NCBI GenBank assembly: GCA_030141605.1
Contig: JAQGDQ010000025.1
Location: forward strand, 726,907 to 790,906
Length of the DNA: 64,000 nucleotides
Source: Tubiluchus corallicola
Taxonomy: Eukaryota > Animalia > Priapulida
Reading direction: 5' to 3'
Each line of letters starts with the position of its first letter. Position 1 is the stretch's first letter. Below, piece by piece: positions 1-12,540 of this stretch. The notes below the pieces were generated by a model. That model did not search any database. It had not been told where the DNA came from and was given only the letters and a program-made list of their open reading frames with translations. The position numbers and the translations under genes were made by a program.

Positions 1-1192
1 TTCAAATGAAGAAATGCCAAAGTTGTTTCTGTTTGATTGTAATCATGAGCATTTCACATGAAAGAAACCACTTAGCTTATCATTCTAGTTAGGTTTCTGC
101 TTGTGCCTGTTACTCTAGGGCTGTCTTTATTGTATTGAGTTAACACAGTGACTCCAGCCTGGCTATGTTATCTCCGAAGCTCCTTATTGAGGATAATCTG
201 TAACCTCAGTTTATGAGATATGAAATACTTCTTCACAATGTCAGGAAATGTTTATTACATAAACATATAAGTTCTGGTCTTTGGATATATATATTTTATC
301 ATGTACTAATCCATCATACAAAATTGTAGCTATACCATTTACCATTATAATGTAGTAGGTCTCATTTCTTTCTTGATCTACTAATATGATTACTAATTAA
401 CTATTATGATAAACCCTAAATCATAATAATTACATGCATATTTTAATCAATTGTTATTGGTTTTTTCTCAGGCAAACAGTACTATGACGTATTAAAGCAG
501 CAGCAATAATATTTACATTCTTATTTGGATCTGAAAATAAAGATAGGATTTTTGAATTTGGGACAAACTTTAACTCCTTGCATAAGTGTAAGCGTTTGCT
601 GCATTTTGCCTTCGGTTCATGAAAAACTGCTCTCACTAAGCAGCAATTACGTTATATTTGATAATTATACAATGGATCTCCTCACACAATGGATCTTCGT
701 GCAAAATTATATATGAAATGCATGTGCTTACCTTAGTCAAATTAAAAATCGACTTTTGACAAAAAAATTGAAAAAAGCTTTCAGTAACTGCAGTGTTTGC
801 ACAGTAACTTTTTGGCAGATCGGTTCACTTTTCCTGGAATTCTGTACAGGGGACGGTTCTCTTGGCTGTTACAGTAGCAAGCAAGCGATAATCAACAAAA
901 TAGTGTGTACGATTACACAAGTGTACGTTAGACTAAGCTACTCCATTGACTAAGTTGGAGTGTCTGAAAAGCGCATGTTTTTCGTAATTTTATCCAATGA
1001 AATCACTTATAAATTGCTAAACAAATAGCAGCTAACCAAGATTCTCCTGAATTTAACAGTACCTAATTTATAATCATTTAGTTATGACTGTACTCATACA
1101 GTAGCAGAAAAGTTACAGGTCTTATAAGACCTATTTTGAATGGTGCGGTCGTGAAGGAGTTAAAGACCAGTCCCTACTTTACAACTTACACA

Positions 1193-1382
1193 CAGTCATA
1201 CCTCTTTATACCCCCACTTTGGGACTCTGGAAAAAGTTGGCATTGAGTGTGTTTGGCATTATAATCAGGTGCATTAATACATGCATGTTTATGCAAATAT
1301 AGACATTTTGTTTTCCTAAAAATTTGGGCATTAAGCAAGGTTGCCATTATAAAGGGGGGGGCATTATGACAAGGTTTGACTG
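1193..1382. mobile_element. Tc1/pogo-like MITE
   Basis: Terminal inverted repeats CAGTCATACCT ... AGGTTTGACTG (10/11); flanks are CA rather than TA. Confidence 0.55.
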
Positions 1383-3588
1383 CACATTTAAAATGTACAA
1401 CATTTTTTCTTTGCTTTTGACAACTGTTGTGCTACTGATGCACTTGCATTCTTGGCAGTTACCCTGACTGACTTAAGTATAGTGGAACAGAATCCCAATT
1501 TAATCATTCTACTCAGTATGTATGTAGCCCAACAATTAGAAGTAATTCCTAGAATTATCAGTTCTGTTTTTAGGAGATTCTTGCTAATGTCACTTATTTC
1601 CCATTAAGAAAGATGTTCACGTTGACCTGACTTGCAGCACTGGTTGTAATTCATTTGAATTAATGTCTATCTTTACTCCCGGTAGCCACTGTTATTTACG
1701 TTAATTTACGAAGCAGTTTGATTAGATAATGATACATCTAAATTAGAGAAGATTTTGTTTTGTGCTTTCTTGATAAGATGACAATGCTGAGTTTCACTAT
1801 TAAGTTCTGTAATTACCTATAAAATCTTCTTGCATCCTTCCTTTATGATTAATATTATCTCCAGGCTTTCAGAATCAGTCTGTACACCGTCAGTAATTGT
1901 GCCCTTAAAAGTATTATTACTTCCTTGCTGCAACACGTTCATTATGAAGCAAGGCTTGTAATTGATTGCCCAGGAGCAGTAACTAGCTACCTAGGCTGTG
2001 TTGTTAATTATAATGTGTGTCCGGAAACAAAAGTCATTTATAGATTCAAAATGAAAGTCAGAGTAATAAGAAAGCATGAATTGCCTTGTACAGGTGCTAT
2101 GATTCATCAATTAATAGCAAACATATTAACCTGGGTTTACTTTTATTTTACGCATACAGGCAAATATTAATTTAGGAGATAAATGCAATTATAAATTTGC
2201 GTACAATCATATAGGTTCTAAATAGTACAGTTAATATACAGTTAATATGTAAACTTATACTACATAAATGATCTTAATTATGAAGTGATTAATGCACCAA
2301 ACAATACCAGACTAACGAACAGTAACTTTTTAAGCTATTGCCATTTCAATCGCTTTATGTAAGCTATTTTTTCTTTACTGTAGGTAGTCTCTTTCCATTT
2401 TAAGCTTTTAATTCTTTCTCTCATTTAGTGATGAAATTTTTACTGCTCATGTATTTGTTTTATAACTATGATTGTAAATATATTGCAAATTACTTTATAA
2501 TGTATTATATTACTATTATATAAGTGCCATTTTCTTTTGTAAAAAGTGTATTTCATAAAAGTTCTTAAATAAATAAAATAAATAACTAATACAATTGTGA
2601 TTATGTTTGTACCAGCTACTTCTGTTATAATGAGGATCATACCTTTATTATGATTCTTTTCATTTTTCCCATGTTTAGTTAGCAAGCACATGGAATTGTT
2701 GCTACGTGACCTTCAACTATTGTATTTGCTGATTACAATTCAGTTAAAATCTTTCTTCTCGTACTTTGCCCGTTTATAGTTTGTCACTTGGATTTTCTCA
2801 TATTTTTCATTTTTAATATTAATAGTATCTTTTACTAATTCTATGTGTAACTAATCACTTAATAGGTGGCCTACCATAAGTCCACTTCTTAGGTCTCCTG
2901 GGATTTTAGTTGAGTTATACTAATGGTATAACACAGTATTTTTAATGCAAATTATTACATACCGGTAAATATATTGTTAGCTAAAGTGACAATTAACGCG
3001 TGTAATAGGATAAAAACATATTTTTTCAAGCTTTGGAAAATGTTGCAAGATAACATCAATGTTGTTAAGAGTTTTTATTAGACGTTTTGAGTGCTTTTGC
3101 TGGTAACGAGTTTGTTAGTAATTATACGTGCTACGAGTATGGATGCTTTTAGACTGTGTTGGTATTGCGTTATGCAATGTATGTATAATAAACTGATTAA
3201 TTGATTATAATAATGAATTTTACAAATAAAAGCCCTCAAGCTAGGTAAAATTATCACATGCCTGAGAGTCATTTTTAATTGAAGTACAATTAATTTCATT
3301 ATTAAATATGTTGTTACTTTTCCAGGCACCAAATTAGCCATTTCTCAAAATGTTCTAGGTATTTATATTGAGTCGATAAGGTTGCACAATGGTGTGCTCA
3401 TTGCACGATTTGTTAGTCTTGCTTAATTGGCCTTTAATTGCATTTATTCACTGCTATGCAAGCTAGGTATTTAATAACTTTCTGGCTGTATGGTACCTAC
3501 CACCAGTACTAACTATTGTTGATGTAATTACCTGGCTAGGTGCTGGCACGTGGTGATCCGTTAACACTTGGCATATTTTTTCCTTTAA

Positions 3589-4035
3589 CCCTTTCATACC
3601 CGTTGTCCCGTGGGATACGAGAATATTTTCTGCCTTTAAAATTAACAAAATTTTAAACCGACAGTTATTTGATCTGTTAATAGTTATTTTGATATAAGCC
3701 AATAACAATAGACTAAAAATAGTGATAAAACGGCAAATTAAAAAATCTATTTAGCACAAAAAACTGCGCAAGGTACAGTACTTTAGAGACGACTTTGTAC
3801 AGATCAGCATAGCATGCATAACTAAATGTCTTAAATACTTTAAAAAGTTATCAGCAGTTGCAAAATGAAGCACATTTCATGCTTCCATTGAATCCCAATG
3901 TATCCCGTGGGATACAGGCTATATTTAGCACGCGGGCACAGGTAATTATTATGTGTAAACAAGATGGACATACTGAACAAAAGTACCAAGCCAAAAATTT
4001 TTTTCTTATTAAAAAATAATTTGGGACTGAAAGGG
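3589..4035. mobile_element. piggyBac-type non-autonomous element (MITE)
   Basis: TTAA|CCCTTTCATACCC ... GGGACTGAAAGGG|TTAA (TIR 11/13, TTAA target duplication); internal repeat TCCCGTGGGATAC at about 3606 and 3903. Confidence 0.8.
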
Positions 4036-4138
4036 TTAACGTGTTATTGTCTAAGTCCTCATTGCAGTAGATTACTTGTGCAACCTGTTAACGTTAATAT
4101 TTAATAATGAAACTAATCGAGTTTTATATAATTTTCAG

Positions 4139-4291
4139 CCAGATTTTGGGGCGTCACTAGACATTTTGAAAGTAGAGATTGGGGGCGATGGTCAGAGTTC
4201 AGAGGGTGTTGAAGCCTCTCATATGCACACGTGGTTTGAAGAAAACTATCAGCGTGGCTACGAGTGGTGGCTCATGAAAGAAGCCAAGCAG
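4139..4291 (+). CDS. GALC: Galactocerebrosidase (GH59), first exon visible in window (N-terminal exons not found)
   Basis: ttttcag|CCA...CAG|gtaac; [51 protein letters not shown] closely matches vertebrate [34 protein letters not shown]...[13 protein letters not shown]. Confidence 0.96.
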
Positions 4292-5154
4292 GTAACTTAC
4301 TGTGTTTTTTTCAAGACTAGAATTTCATTTCGGTATGAGTCTTTCGTTTTCTTTGCTCTTTCTCTTGCTCAATTTTTTTTGCTGAATAAGAGCTGGTATC
4401 TTAGCTTATAATCATCTATATCTTGGAACATTTCACAAAACATCTCATTGTATCTGTCTAAAATCAGATTAAAATCGAATGAGCTATAAATAGCATAAAT
4501 TTTACAAGCACTGAGTAGTGTAAAACACAATTTGTACATAGCATAATTTACATAAGAGTATCTTAATTACGTTATATATATAAACATATATAATTATATA
4601 TATAGTTTATTAATAAATTAAACATTTTCTACAGCCATCTAATTTAGAAAAAATGTTATGGTATAGAACTTGTGTGTTATATTAGCCGGTATTTGTAAAA
4701 TTTTATCTATTTAGAGGTCATTCAGTTTTAATCTTATTTTAGGCTAATGATACAAAGTTATACTTTGTGCAATTTTCCCATTTTTTGCAATGAAACCAGA
4801 GCTAATGGGGTGTCAGTGTTATCACTTGTGCATTGCATTTACCTTTTTCTGACTTTGTAATTATTTCAATGACAATTTATGACTATCGATTGTACTTTGT
4901 TGTTATTAAAATGTTGTTGTAAACTAATGTGACTTTCTAAAAATAAGGAACCTCCATTTGCCCATAATGTTTCATTTTGCATGATGTTTCTAAGACTATG
5001 CAAGCTGCTGAACACTCAACTAGTTTTTTTTCTAGAATCTGTTTCTCCTCAAAGGTCTAGACAGAACATTGAAGATTAGATCTTCACCAACCCAGTTTTG
5101 TTTTTTCAAATTTACTTGATTCTAAAAAATAATCAACATTTCTTTTTATGCCAG

Positions 5155-5322
5155 CGTAATCCAGATATTACACTGGTAGGTTTAGCCTGGAGCTTTCCCG
5201 GATGGCTGTCTAATGGGATCGTGAATTCACCATTCATATTTCCTATCAGGACTGCCAGCTACATAGCTAATTGGGTTCATGGAGCTAAGAAACATCATGG
5301 ACTTAATGTTAATTACGTTGGA
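5155..5322 (+). CDS. GALC: GALC exon (TIM barrel)
   Basis: ccag|CGT...GGA|gtgag, phase 0-0; RNPDITLVGLAWSFPGWL...HHGLNVNYVG. Confidence 0.95.
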
Positions 5323-6156
5323 GTGAGTTTTGCTATTGTTGTTTCATATTATTTAAGGTAAATTGGTTTAAAGTTGCTTAGAAAATTTTGTTTTGAGTAC
5401 TTCAATTTCTTTATCTCATTTAATTCTTTTTAAACCTTATTGTTGTTATTATAACCGGTTATCTATATGCATATACTACAAATAAATATATATACTGGTA
5501 AGATGACGATGTATTTTCATTATTCTTAGTTCAAAATGTGGGCAGATTACTAAAATTTACGAAACTAAATTAAATTTTTATATTAACTAATTTGTTGTTG
5601 CATACTTTAAGCATTTTTCACAATAAGGACCTTTTTTCAACAAAATAGTTTTGGAAGTATATGATACCTAGGGTACTGAAACTCAAAATTCCCATGATGA
5701 AAATCTCTTTAAACCAACTCCTACACACATCTTCTTACAGCACTCTGACCATTCTTTATGAATCATAATTAAATTCTTTGCAACTTTTGTTTTTGCACTG
5801 CTTTTTGAATAAAGGATGTGAAAAATTGCTCTATATTGTCAATGGGAAAATTGCTTTGTCCAAAATGTAACACAATGCATAGATTTAAATCCAGTCGTGC
5901 AAAGAAAGAGATTGCTAGTCTGCATGTCGAAAAATAGTTTAAAAATGTGTTGCGAAAGAACTGTTTTTGCCATACAGTCTAGTGCAGTTTTTGTATTATG
6001 CAACATGGTGCCTATTGTTTGCCTCACACTTTGCTCACGTCCTCTCCCTTTCATTTGCTTATAATCCCCACATTGTCTATAACCAAACTGAGATGTAATA
6101 TATCATACCATTAATAGTAATGCTGACCAACATAATAATTTTTCATTTGTTTGCAG

Positions 6157-6250
6157 ATATGGAATGAACATCAAGCTGATCCTAGTTATATCAAAGTGTT
6201 GAGAGCGACACTGGACAGTGAAGGGCTTCATCATGTGAAAATAATAGCAG
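6157..6250 (+). CDS. GALC: GALC exon with acid/base Glu (WNE)
   Basis: ttgcag|ATA...GCA G|gtgta; IWNEHQADPSYIKVLRATLDSEGLHHVKIIA. Confidence 0.94.
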
Positions 6251-7429
6251 GTGTATTAGATTTCTGTTACTTGGCTTCATCTTACTGTTGCGTGTTATTA
6301 ATGTTCTATTCTGGTCTCTTATAGACATGCCTTATTGGGCTTTACGAAATGAGGTAAAAAGACATATGCTTTTATCACTGCATCACTGCATCTTTATTTA
6401 AGGTTTTATTAGCTGCCGGTGTTGTGTGGCACTGTGCCATGTAGTCGTGCACGTGCGTGGAAAACACATTTGTTAATTGCTTGCATTTGATACCGATGTA
6501 AGACACATTTACGTCATTAAGTGCTTCCTCTCAGCGATGCTTCCGGCAAACGATCAACATTTCCTTTGTTGTTCGCGTAATTGCTACGGCAATGCTTGAC
6601 GCTATTCTTATTTCTTTACCATCACCAGTAAGCTGCAAATCTCTAGCAGTTTGTACATTCCAGCTAAGTAAAACTGCTGTTTTTTTTAATTCAAACAGAT
6701 GAATTATTTGCTTGCCAATTTAGTTTCAATTGACAATTTCAGTTTGCTAATATTATGGCAAGAGTGTAAGTTATGTTCTATTAACTCACTGATCCCTCAC
6801 CATTAGTTACCTGTTTAATTAAGTATCTCTGTTTATGGGATCCTTAACCTTTTGATCAGTCAGCTCATTTGTTTTGTTGTTTTTTCCTTACTTTTTTAGC
6901 ATTTTTTCCTTTAAACTTTGGAGTGAATGGAGTTTTGTTTTGAAACTTGTATAGGTATTAATAGAGAGACGGCATCATTTGAAGGGGAATAAATTGCTTT
7001 AAGGGTTTGGAGGGGACCTCAGGGGCTAGGTGAGCCATTAGACCAACGGAATCAGGACATATATATATATATGTATCAAACTGCAGTTTAACGTAATTAA
7101 ATTTACAGAGAATTTTGTAACTTAAAGCACAAGAAAACGCTCTTCACAAATAAAACTTAAAAAATTCCTTTTGAAATTTATATCAGTTACATGCTGTCTT
7201 ATTGCATGCAGGGCTTGAATCAGTAACAACGCTGTTTAAATTTAAACTTTCACGAAGACCATTAGGTGCAGTCATTTTAACAGTAAATCGTTTGAAACAT
7301 GTTAGATAACGTTGCACAAAGTTTAAAAAATATTCAGAGCATTCGTATTACACTCTTTGCTAACTATGGAAAAGTTAAAAATTACTTTATATTGTCAATA
7401 AGATCAAAAGGCCTAACGTGTTCCATGGT

Positions 7430-7587
7430 CTATCAGTAGTGCATATTGGGATGGCGATGCAGTCCCATTTTACCAGGTGGCGCAAATATTTTACATTGTT
7501 AAGAATTTTCTTTTCCAATTACATAAGTCTTTCTAACAGTTAAGTAATATAACTTTGTGTGGAAAATTCTTTGGGATGTACTTTAAA
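7430..7587 (+). repeat. Dispersed repeat 3' end, homologous to 44095-44263
   Basis: Shared cattttacca...taagtctttc...taagtaatataactttg..tggaaa.tt.tttggga...tactttaa, ending in TTAA. Confidence 0.6.
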
Positions 7588-7647
7588 TTCACTTTTCGTC
7601 ACCTTTAAAACATCATGTTACTAATAATCATTGGTTTGCTTATTTAG

Positions 7648-7720
7648 GCGATTTGCACTGGGAGATTGCGCAACAGATGCTAAACGATAGCAAATTGTTA
7701 GAAACAGTGGACATAATTGG
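7648..7720 (+). CDS. GALC: GALC exon
   Basis: tttag|GC...GG|gtaat, phase 1-2; (G)DLHWEIAQQMLNDSKLLETVDII(G). Confidence 0.9.
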
Positions 7721-7747
7721 GTAATTTTTTTTAATATGATGGCATCA

Positions 7748-7953
7748 GGATGATGATGATGATGATGCTGTGCTGCTGATGATGATGATGATGCTGTGAT
7801 GATGATGATAATGATGATGACGAAGACGATACTGTGATGATGAGCACAAACTCGTTGATGATGATGATGATTGATGATGAAGATAATGGTGATGGTGATG
7901 GTGATGGTGATGGTGATGAAGGTGATAATGATGATGATGATAATGTTGTGATG
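7748..7953. repeat. Degenerate (GAT)n/(GATGGT)n microsatellite
   Basis: Directly visible; explains the poly-His and poly-Ser pseudo-ORFs. Confidence 0.95.
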
Positions 7954-8796
7954 ACAGGCACAAACCCGTTGTTCAGTTTATGAGTGAATTTTTAGTGCAT
8001 TAAATAAGTTAATATAATTAATAGTTTAATCAGATCAAAAAATTTACACAAATTTGTAATACTTCTGTTGCTGGTCACCCATCCTTTTATTAAGTCCGAT
8101 ATTTGTATCCAAGCAAACACGGTGGCAACTTGGTTATTCTTCTTATCTTTTGTTTGAACATGAGCTTGTGTTTCAAAATTTTTTTGACATAAAAACTTTA
8201 TGATGTTACAAACCCACAATTAATTAAATATTTGATATCAAACTTGAAAAACGGGAAATGTGAAAAAGTTGGGATGCATCCTAAATTTGAAATAGGGACC
8301 TTCCGCTTACAAGAAATACTCCTTAGACCATTCAGCCACTGTGTCTCCCAGTGGTCAAGGCAGCCAAAAATTCATCCCTATAGCTGGCCAGCCGAATTCA
8401 GCACTATCGATCTTAGATGCTCACTAAAATGATGCTAATTCATTATTTTCCATAGGTAATTAATTGTTATAATCTTAGTAATCTTGACGTCAAGATTATA
8501 ATAATTAATAAAACCTTTATGTTGAAAGCTCCATCTTATCAAAAATCAGATAAGTATGGGTGCTTGTTTACTTTCTCACTTGATTTCACAATATTTTTGG
8601 TGGAAACAACTTAATACGGTGCAGATAATTTTTGCAGTATCACCCTGTTTATTGCATGTGTGACGATCTTAGCTTAGTTGCGAATGCAATTTTGTATACT
8701 TATTGTTGAATATCTATTAGATTTGGAGTAGATCTAATAGATCAAAGTACTATTTTTATTTAAACTTACAGAATTTGACCAGACTGTTTAATTCAG

Positions 8797-8914
8797 GGCT
8801 CATTACCCAGGGACTGTGTCAAGCAAAGATGCTGTGTTAACGAATAAGTCACTGTGGAGTTCGGAGGATTACAGCACATTTAATGACAATGTGGGTGCCG
8901 GCTGTTGGGCTAGG
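8797..8914 (+). CDS. GALC: GALC exon with nucleophile Glu (WSSED)
   Basis: ttcag|G...AGG|gtatg; [39 protein letters not shown]. Confidence 0.95.
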
Positions 8915-8959
8915 GTATGTTTGTGTCTTGGTTTTTTTTATTAGATTTCGAACCACAAA

Positions 8960-9436
8960 GTTTAATTACCGATCGAGGAGCCCAGCTAGTGATGACATCA
9001 TAACTGAACATAATTTTCAACAGCACAAACATTCCATGAGCAGGTCTGCAAAAGCAAAAATTGAAGTACGGTGCTACTGCACAACATTTAGTGTGATATA
9101 CAAGAGCTCGACAAATTTAAAATTCACATTTCAAGCTCACTGCTGTGCTAATGCTTCAAGTCTCGAACATGTGTACTATGTCATAACAGAGCACTTCAGA
9201 ACTGAGAAGTACTGCTCCTGTTTTTCTGTGCAACCCGTTTCCGAGATGCAGGCACTAGTCAACAGTGAAATGCGTGTAACGATGAAGAACTAACCGCGCG
9301 AATGCAAATTTATGTTTTGGTGGTATTAATTCTTTTGCTTAAATCATTCTTGAAAAAACTGTATGTTCCCTGTCAACATTTTATAAAGTAGATTGTTTTG
9401 AGTCATAGTTTAAGAAGATTTTTGTCTGGTTTTCCT
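8960..9436 (+). mobile_element. 5'-truncated, degenerate copy of the Kolobok-like MITE
   Basis: Shares gcaaaa..aaaattgaagt, gcgcgaatgc/tgaaatt and gtagattgttttga..tagtttaaga blocks with copies at 9441 and 51253; ends GGTTTTCCT|TTAA. Confidence 0.65.
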
Positions 9437-9440
9437 TTAA

Positions 9441-10041
9441 AGGAAGATTGGATGGTTTTTCATATCCGCCTTGATTTTCATGTCCAATAAAAAGTATACA
9501 TTTAAACACATCTAATACTGCAAAAGCATTTCTTATAATTAAATAATAGATCGAAATGTTCATTAACGGTGGGCAAGCCCAACTATTGATGACATCACAA
9601 ACTAACAATAGCAAAACTATTCCAGGAACGTGTTGCACGTGTTTGCAAAAGCTAAAATTGAAGTTCAGCATTACTAAGATATTCAGTGTGTTGTAATAAA
9701 ACTAGACAAGTTTTAAGATAAAAACTCAAATTTCAAATTTACCGCTGTACTCACGCATGAGCTGTCGAATTTGTGTAGTTCGCCACAAACTAACACATCT
9801 GAACTGAGAGGTGCAGCACCTGTTTTTATGCCGTTTCTGAAATGCAGGCACTACTGTCCGTCTAACTAGCGAATGGCAAAATGCATGTAACAGCAAAGAG
9901 CTAGTGGCGCGAATGTGAAATTGTGTTTATGTGGTAATAATTCTTTCACGTAAGTCATTCTTTAAAAATAGTTTGTTTCCTTTCAATATTTTAAGAGTAG
10001 ATTGTTTTGACCTACAGTTTAAGATTGGGTCTGGTTTTGCT
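9441..10041 (+). mobile_element. Kolobok-like MITE, about 600 bp
   Basis: TTAA|AGGAAGA ... GGTTTTGCT|GTAA; colinear with 51253-51866. Confidence 0.75.
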
Positions 10042-12377
10042 GTAAGGATGTTATGACTTTGGACATGAAAAAAAAACACAGCTTTAAACACTCAAGCAGT
10101 GATGGAAGTTTTTGTGGTTAAATTGCTTACTATAAATGGACTAAAGATTCAAAGATAAATGTTAAACAGAAAAACGTATTTAGTATTTAGTTTCCATTTT
10201 TTGCAACAAAGTATCACGTGTTTGATGATTAAATTTTACAGAACCAGTTTTAGTTATTTTCTGGATTCTTAATTTGTGTAGATGCTTTGCTTTATTATGC
10301 TATATGCCGTTGCCGTATCTTTTGATTTATGGTAAAAGCATACATGTAAGAAGACAGCTCGATTAAGCTATTACAGGGCCTGCAGAATAAAGGCGGTTCA
10401 TATCAAAAAATACACAGATTTTTTTCTTATGTTGTAGCTTATTCTCAAAGCTGATATTAATGAAAAAAATATGGTAAGAAAAACAAGCCATTCGTAAGCT
10501 CACTAACGCAATAAGCTGCCGTATGCTTAAAGTTATATAAACGATCTTGGCATTTTTGCCATTAAATTCTAAGTGTATTTCATATTAAAGCAATGCGTGC
10601 AAGCTACAAGTAAAATATCGCATGAAATCCTACTAAGTAGTGACTTGATTTGGGTCTCCTTTGTGAACAAAGAGCACAATAAGTTCCCCCTGCAATTTGT
10701 TTCAAAGTTATAAGATAACTAGAATGAATAGCCTTGATATATAATGCTATCTTTTCTTTTGAAACAATATAATAATTTATTTTGCAACAAAATATAAATG
10801 AACTAAATCATACATGGACCATCAATATAAATTCAATAATCTAAAATATTAACAAATGAAAAGCTAATCAATGCACCACCTCTAAAGATGTAATGCAATC
10901 TGAAATGGTAAATAATTAAAGATGCAGTTCCGGACATGAAAACAATAATATTGGCAGATTGTGAGATGCTGATTTTATCAGATGTCTTATATGCATTTAA
11001 TGCAGCATCCGTAGCTTATCCCTCTTTTGCTATTATGTTCACCTGGCACCATAAGACGATTACCTGTTTCAGTTTTTTCTCAGTCTGTAAATGCTCCCTT
11101 GATGTATTAGTTTGGTTCTTCATGGTACTAATACTAATATGTATGTACTACATGGTATGTACTAATACCAATATTAGCATCATGCATTAAAATTAATGCA
11201 TTCAAGAAGAAATTTTCAAACATAAAATGCGTAAAAAACGTCTTCATTAACAATAAAAACATTTCAGCTACGTTCTCGTAGTAGTTGTCAACTAATGAAA
11301 GCAAAAGTGTTATTTTCTATTTTTGTATGCAAAAAATGTGTGTCCTTCTAATAACATTAGAAAATAGTGATGTTTAACCACTTTGTTTTATAAAGCACCT
11401 AAAAAATTACATAAGTGAATCACCAAGATTTTGCCCCCGTTGTTATTATCCCAATGCGTTGCTTGAAATAAGTATGTTACCTGAATGCTAAGACAAGAAG
11501 ACCTTGAGCAGCACACATTACTAACGAGCTCTAAAAGCAATGTTTATAGGGTGGGAAAGCATGCATCTTGTGAAGACAGATATATAAGAAAATATAGGCA
11601 TATAATGTTACTTATGCCCAAATCATAGTCCATCTGTTTGAGTCAGCCATCATTTGTTGATTTAGTTTACTCAGCCAAGCATAAAGCATGCAAAACCATC
11701 GCCAAGGACGAAAACAAGATCAAGTGTAATACTGATGCTGTCCAATATCTTATGGACAGTTATTTAGTGCTTTGCAAATTTTTTTTATAAAGTGAACTGA
11801 ACTTAGTTAAATGCACAAAACTCCTCATGTAATTACATTTCTAATTAAAACATAAATAAATTACACATTATTACTATTATGTATTACACAGTAATTCACA
11901 CATAGGAACGTTATTTTGTTGTTTTGGTGTTTAGTTTTAGACTTACTTCTTTTCTATGGCAATTATTTGCTTATATTTCTGTAATGGCCCATTTCCCACC
12001 AAGCCACTTACAACTTCCTATTGTTTTAAATGCTGCACATTCTTCATTACTTCTACTATCATACTATATTAAGCCAAAACCTGCTTAATAAACAATTAAT
12101 GTTCACTTTTCCAAAATTCTACTTGAAGCAGTACATGGATTTGCTTGTCTTAGTTTCCCTTTTAGAAACTGTAGTTGCAAAATTTGCAACAAATTTTGCG
12201 CTAGTTATGTCATTAAATTTTTGCATGTAAAATCTGATATGCAGTTTTTCTTGCAAAGGCTTCGATTTTTTGTCCCAAGTATTTGTCAGTTCCCTTAATT
12301 TCCGTTAATTTTGTTAACGTAACAAGTCACATTAAAAATAATCTCAGTTACCTTTGCCTATCATCACTTATTTGCAG

Positions 12378-12540
12378 ATAATGAATCAAAATTATGTGAA
12401 TGGTCAAATGAGCACCACCATTGCATGGAATTTGATTGCAAGTTATTATGATTCACTGCGTTGGACTGGTATGGGATTAATGACGGCTAATCAGCCCTGG
12501 TCTGGATATTACTCTGTCAAGAGTCCTATATGGATGACTG
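12378..12540 (+). CDS. GALC: GALC exon
   Basis: ttgcag|ATA...ACT G|gtacg; IMNQNYVNGQMSTTIAWNLIASYY...GLMTANQPWSGYYSVKSPIWMT. Confidence 0.95.

Noticed and set aside
570-1163. TTAACTCCTT ... AAGGAGTTAA as a piggyBac MITE
   Set aside because: Only 6 bp of inverted match inside the TTAA, too short to support pairing of these ends.
7731-7963. Poly-His and poly-Ser ORFs
   Set aside because: Translations of a (GAT)n microsatellite in a GALC intron.
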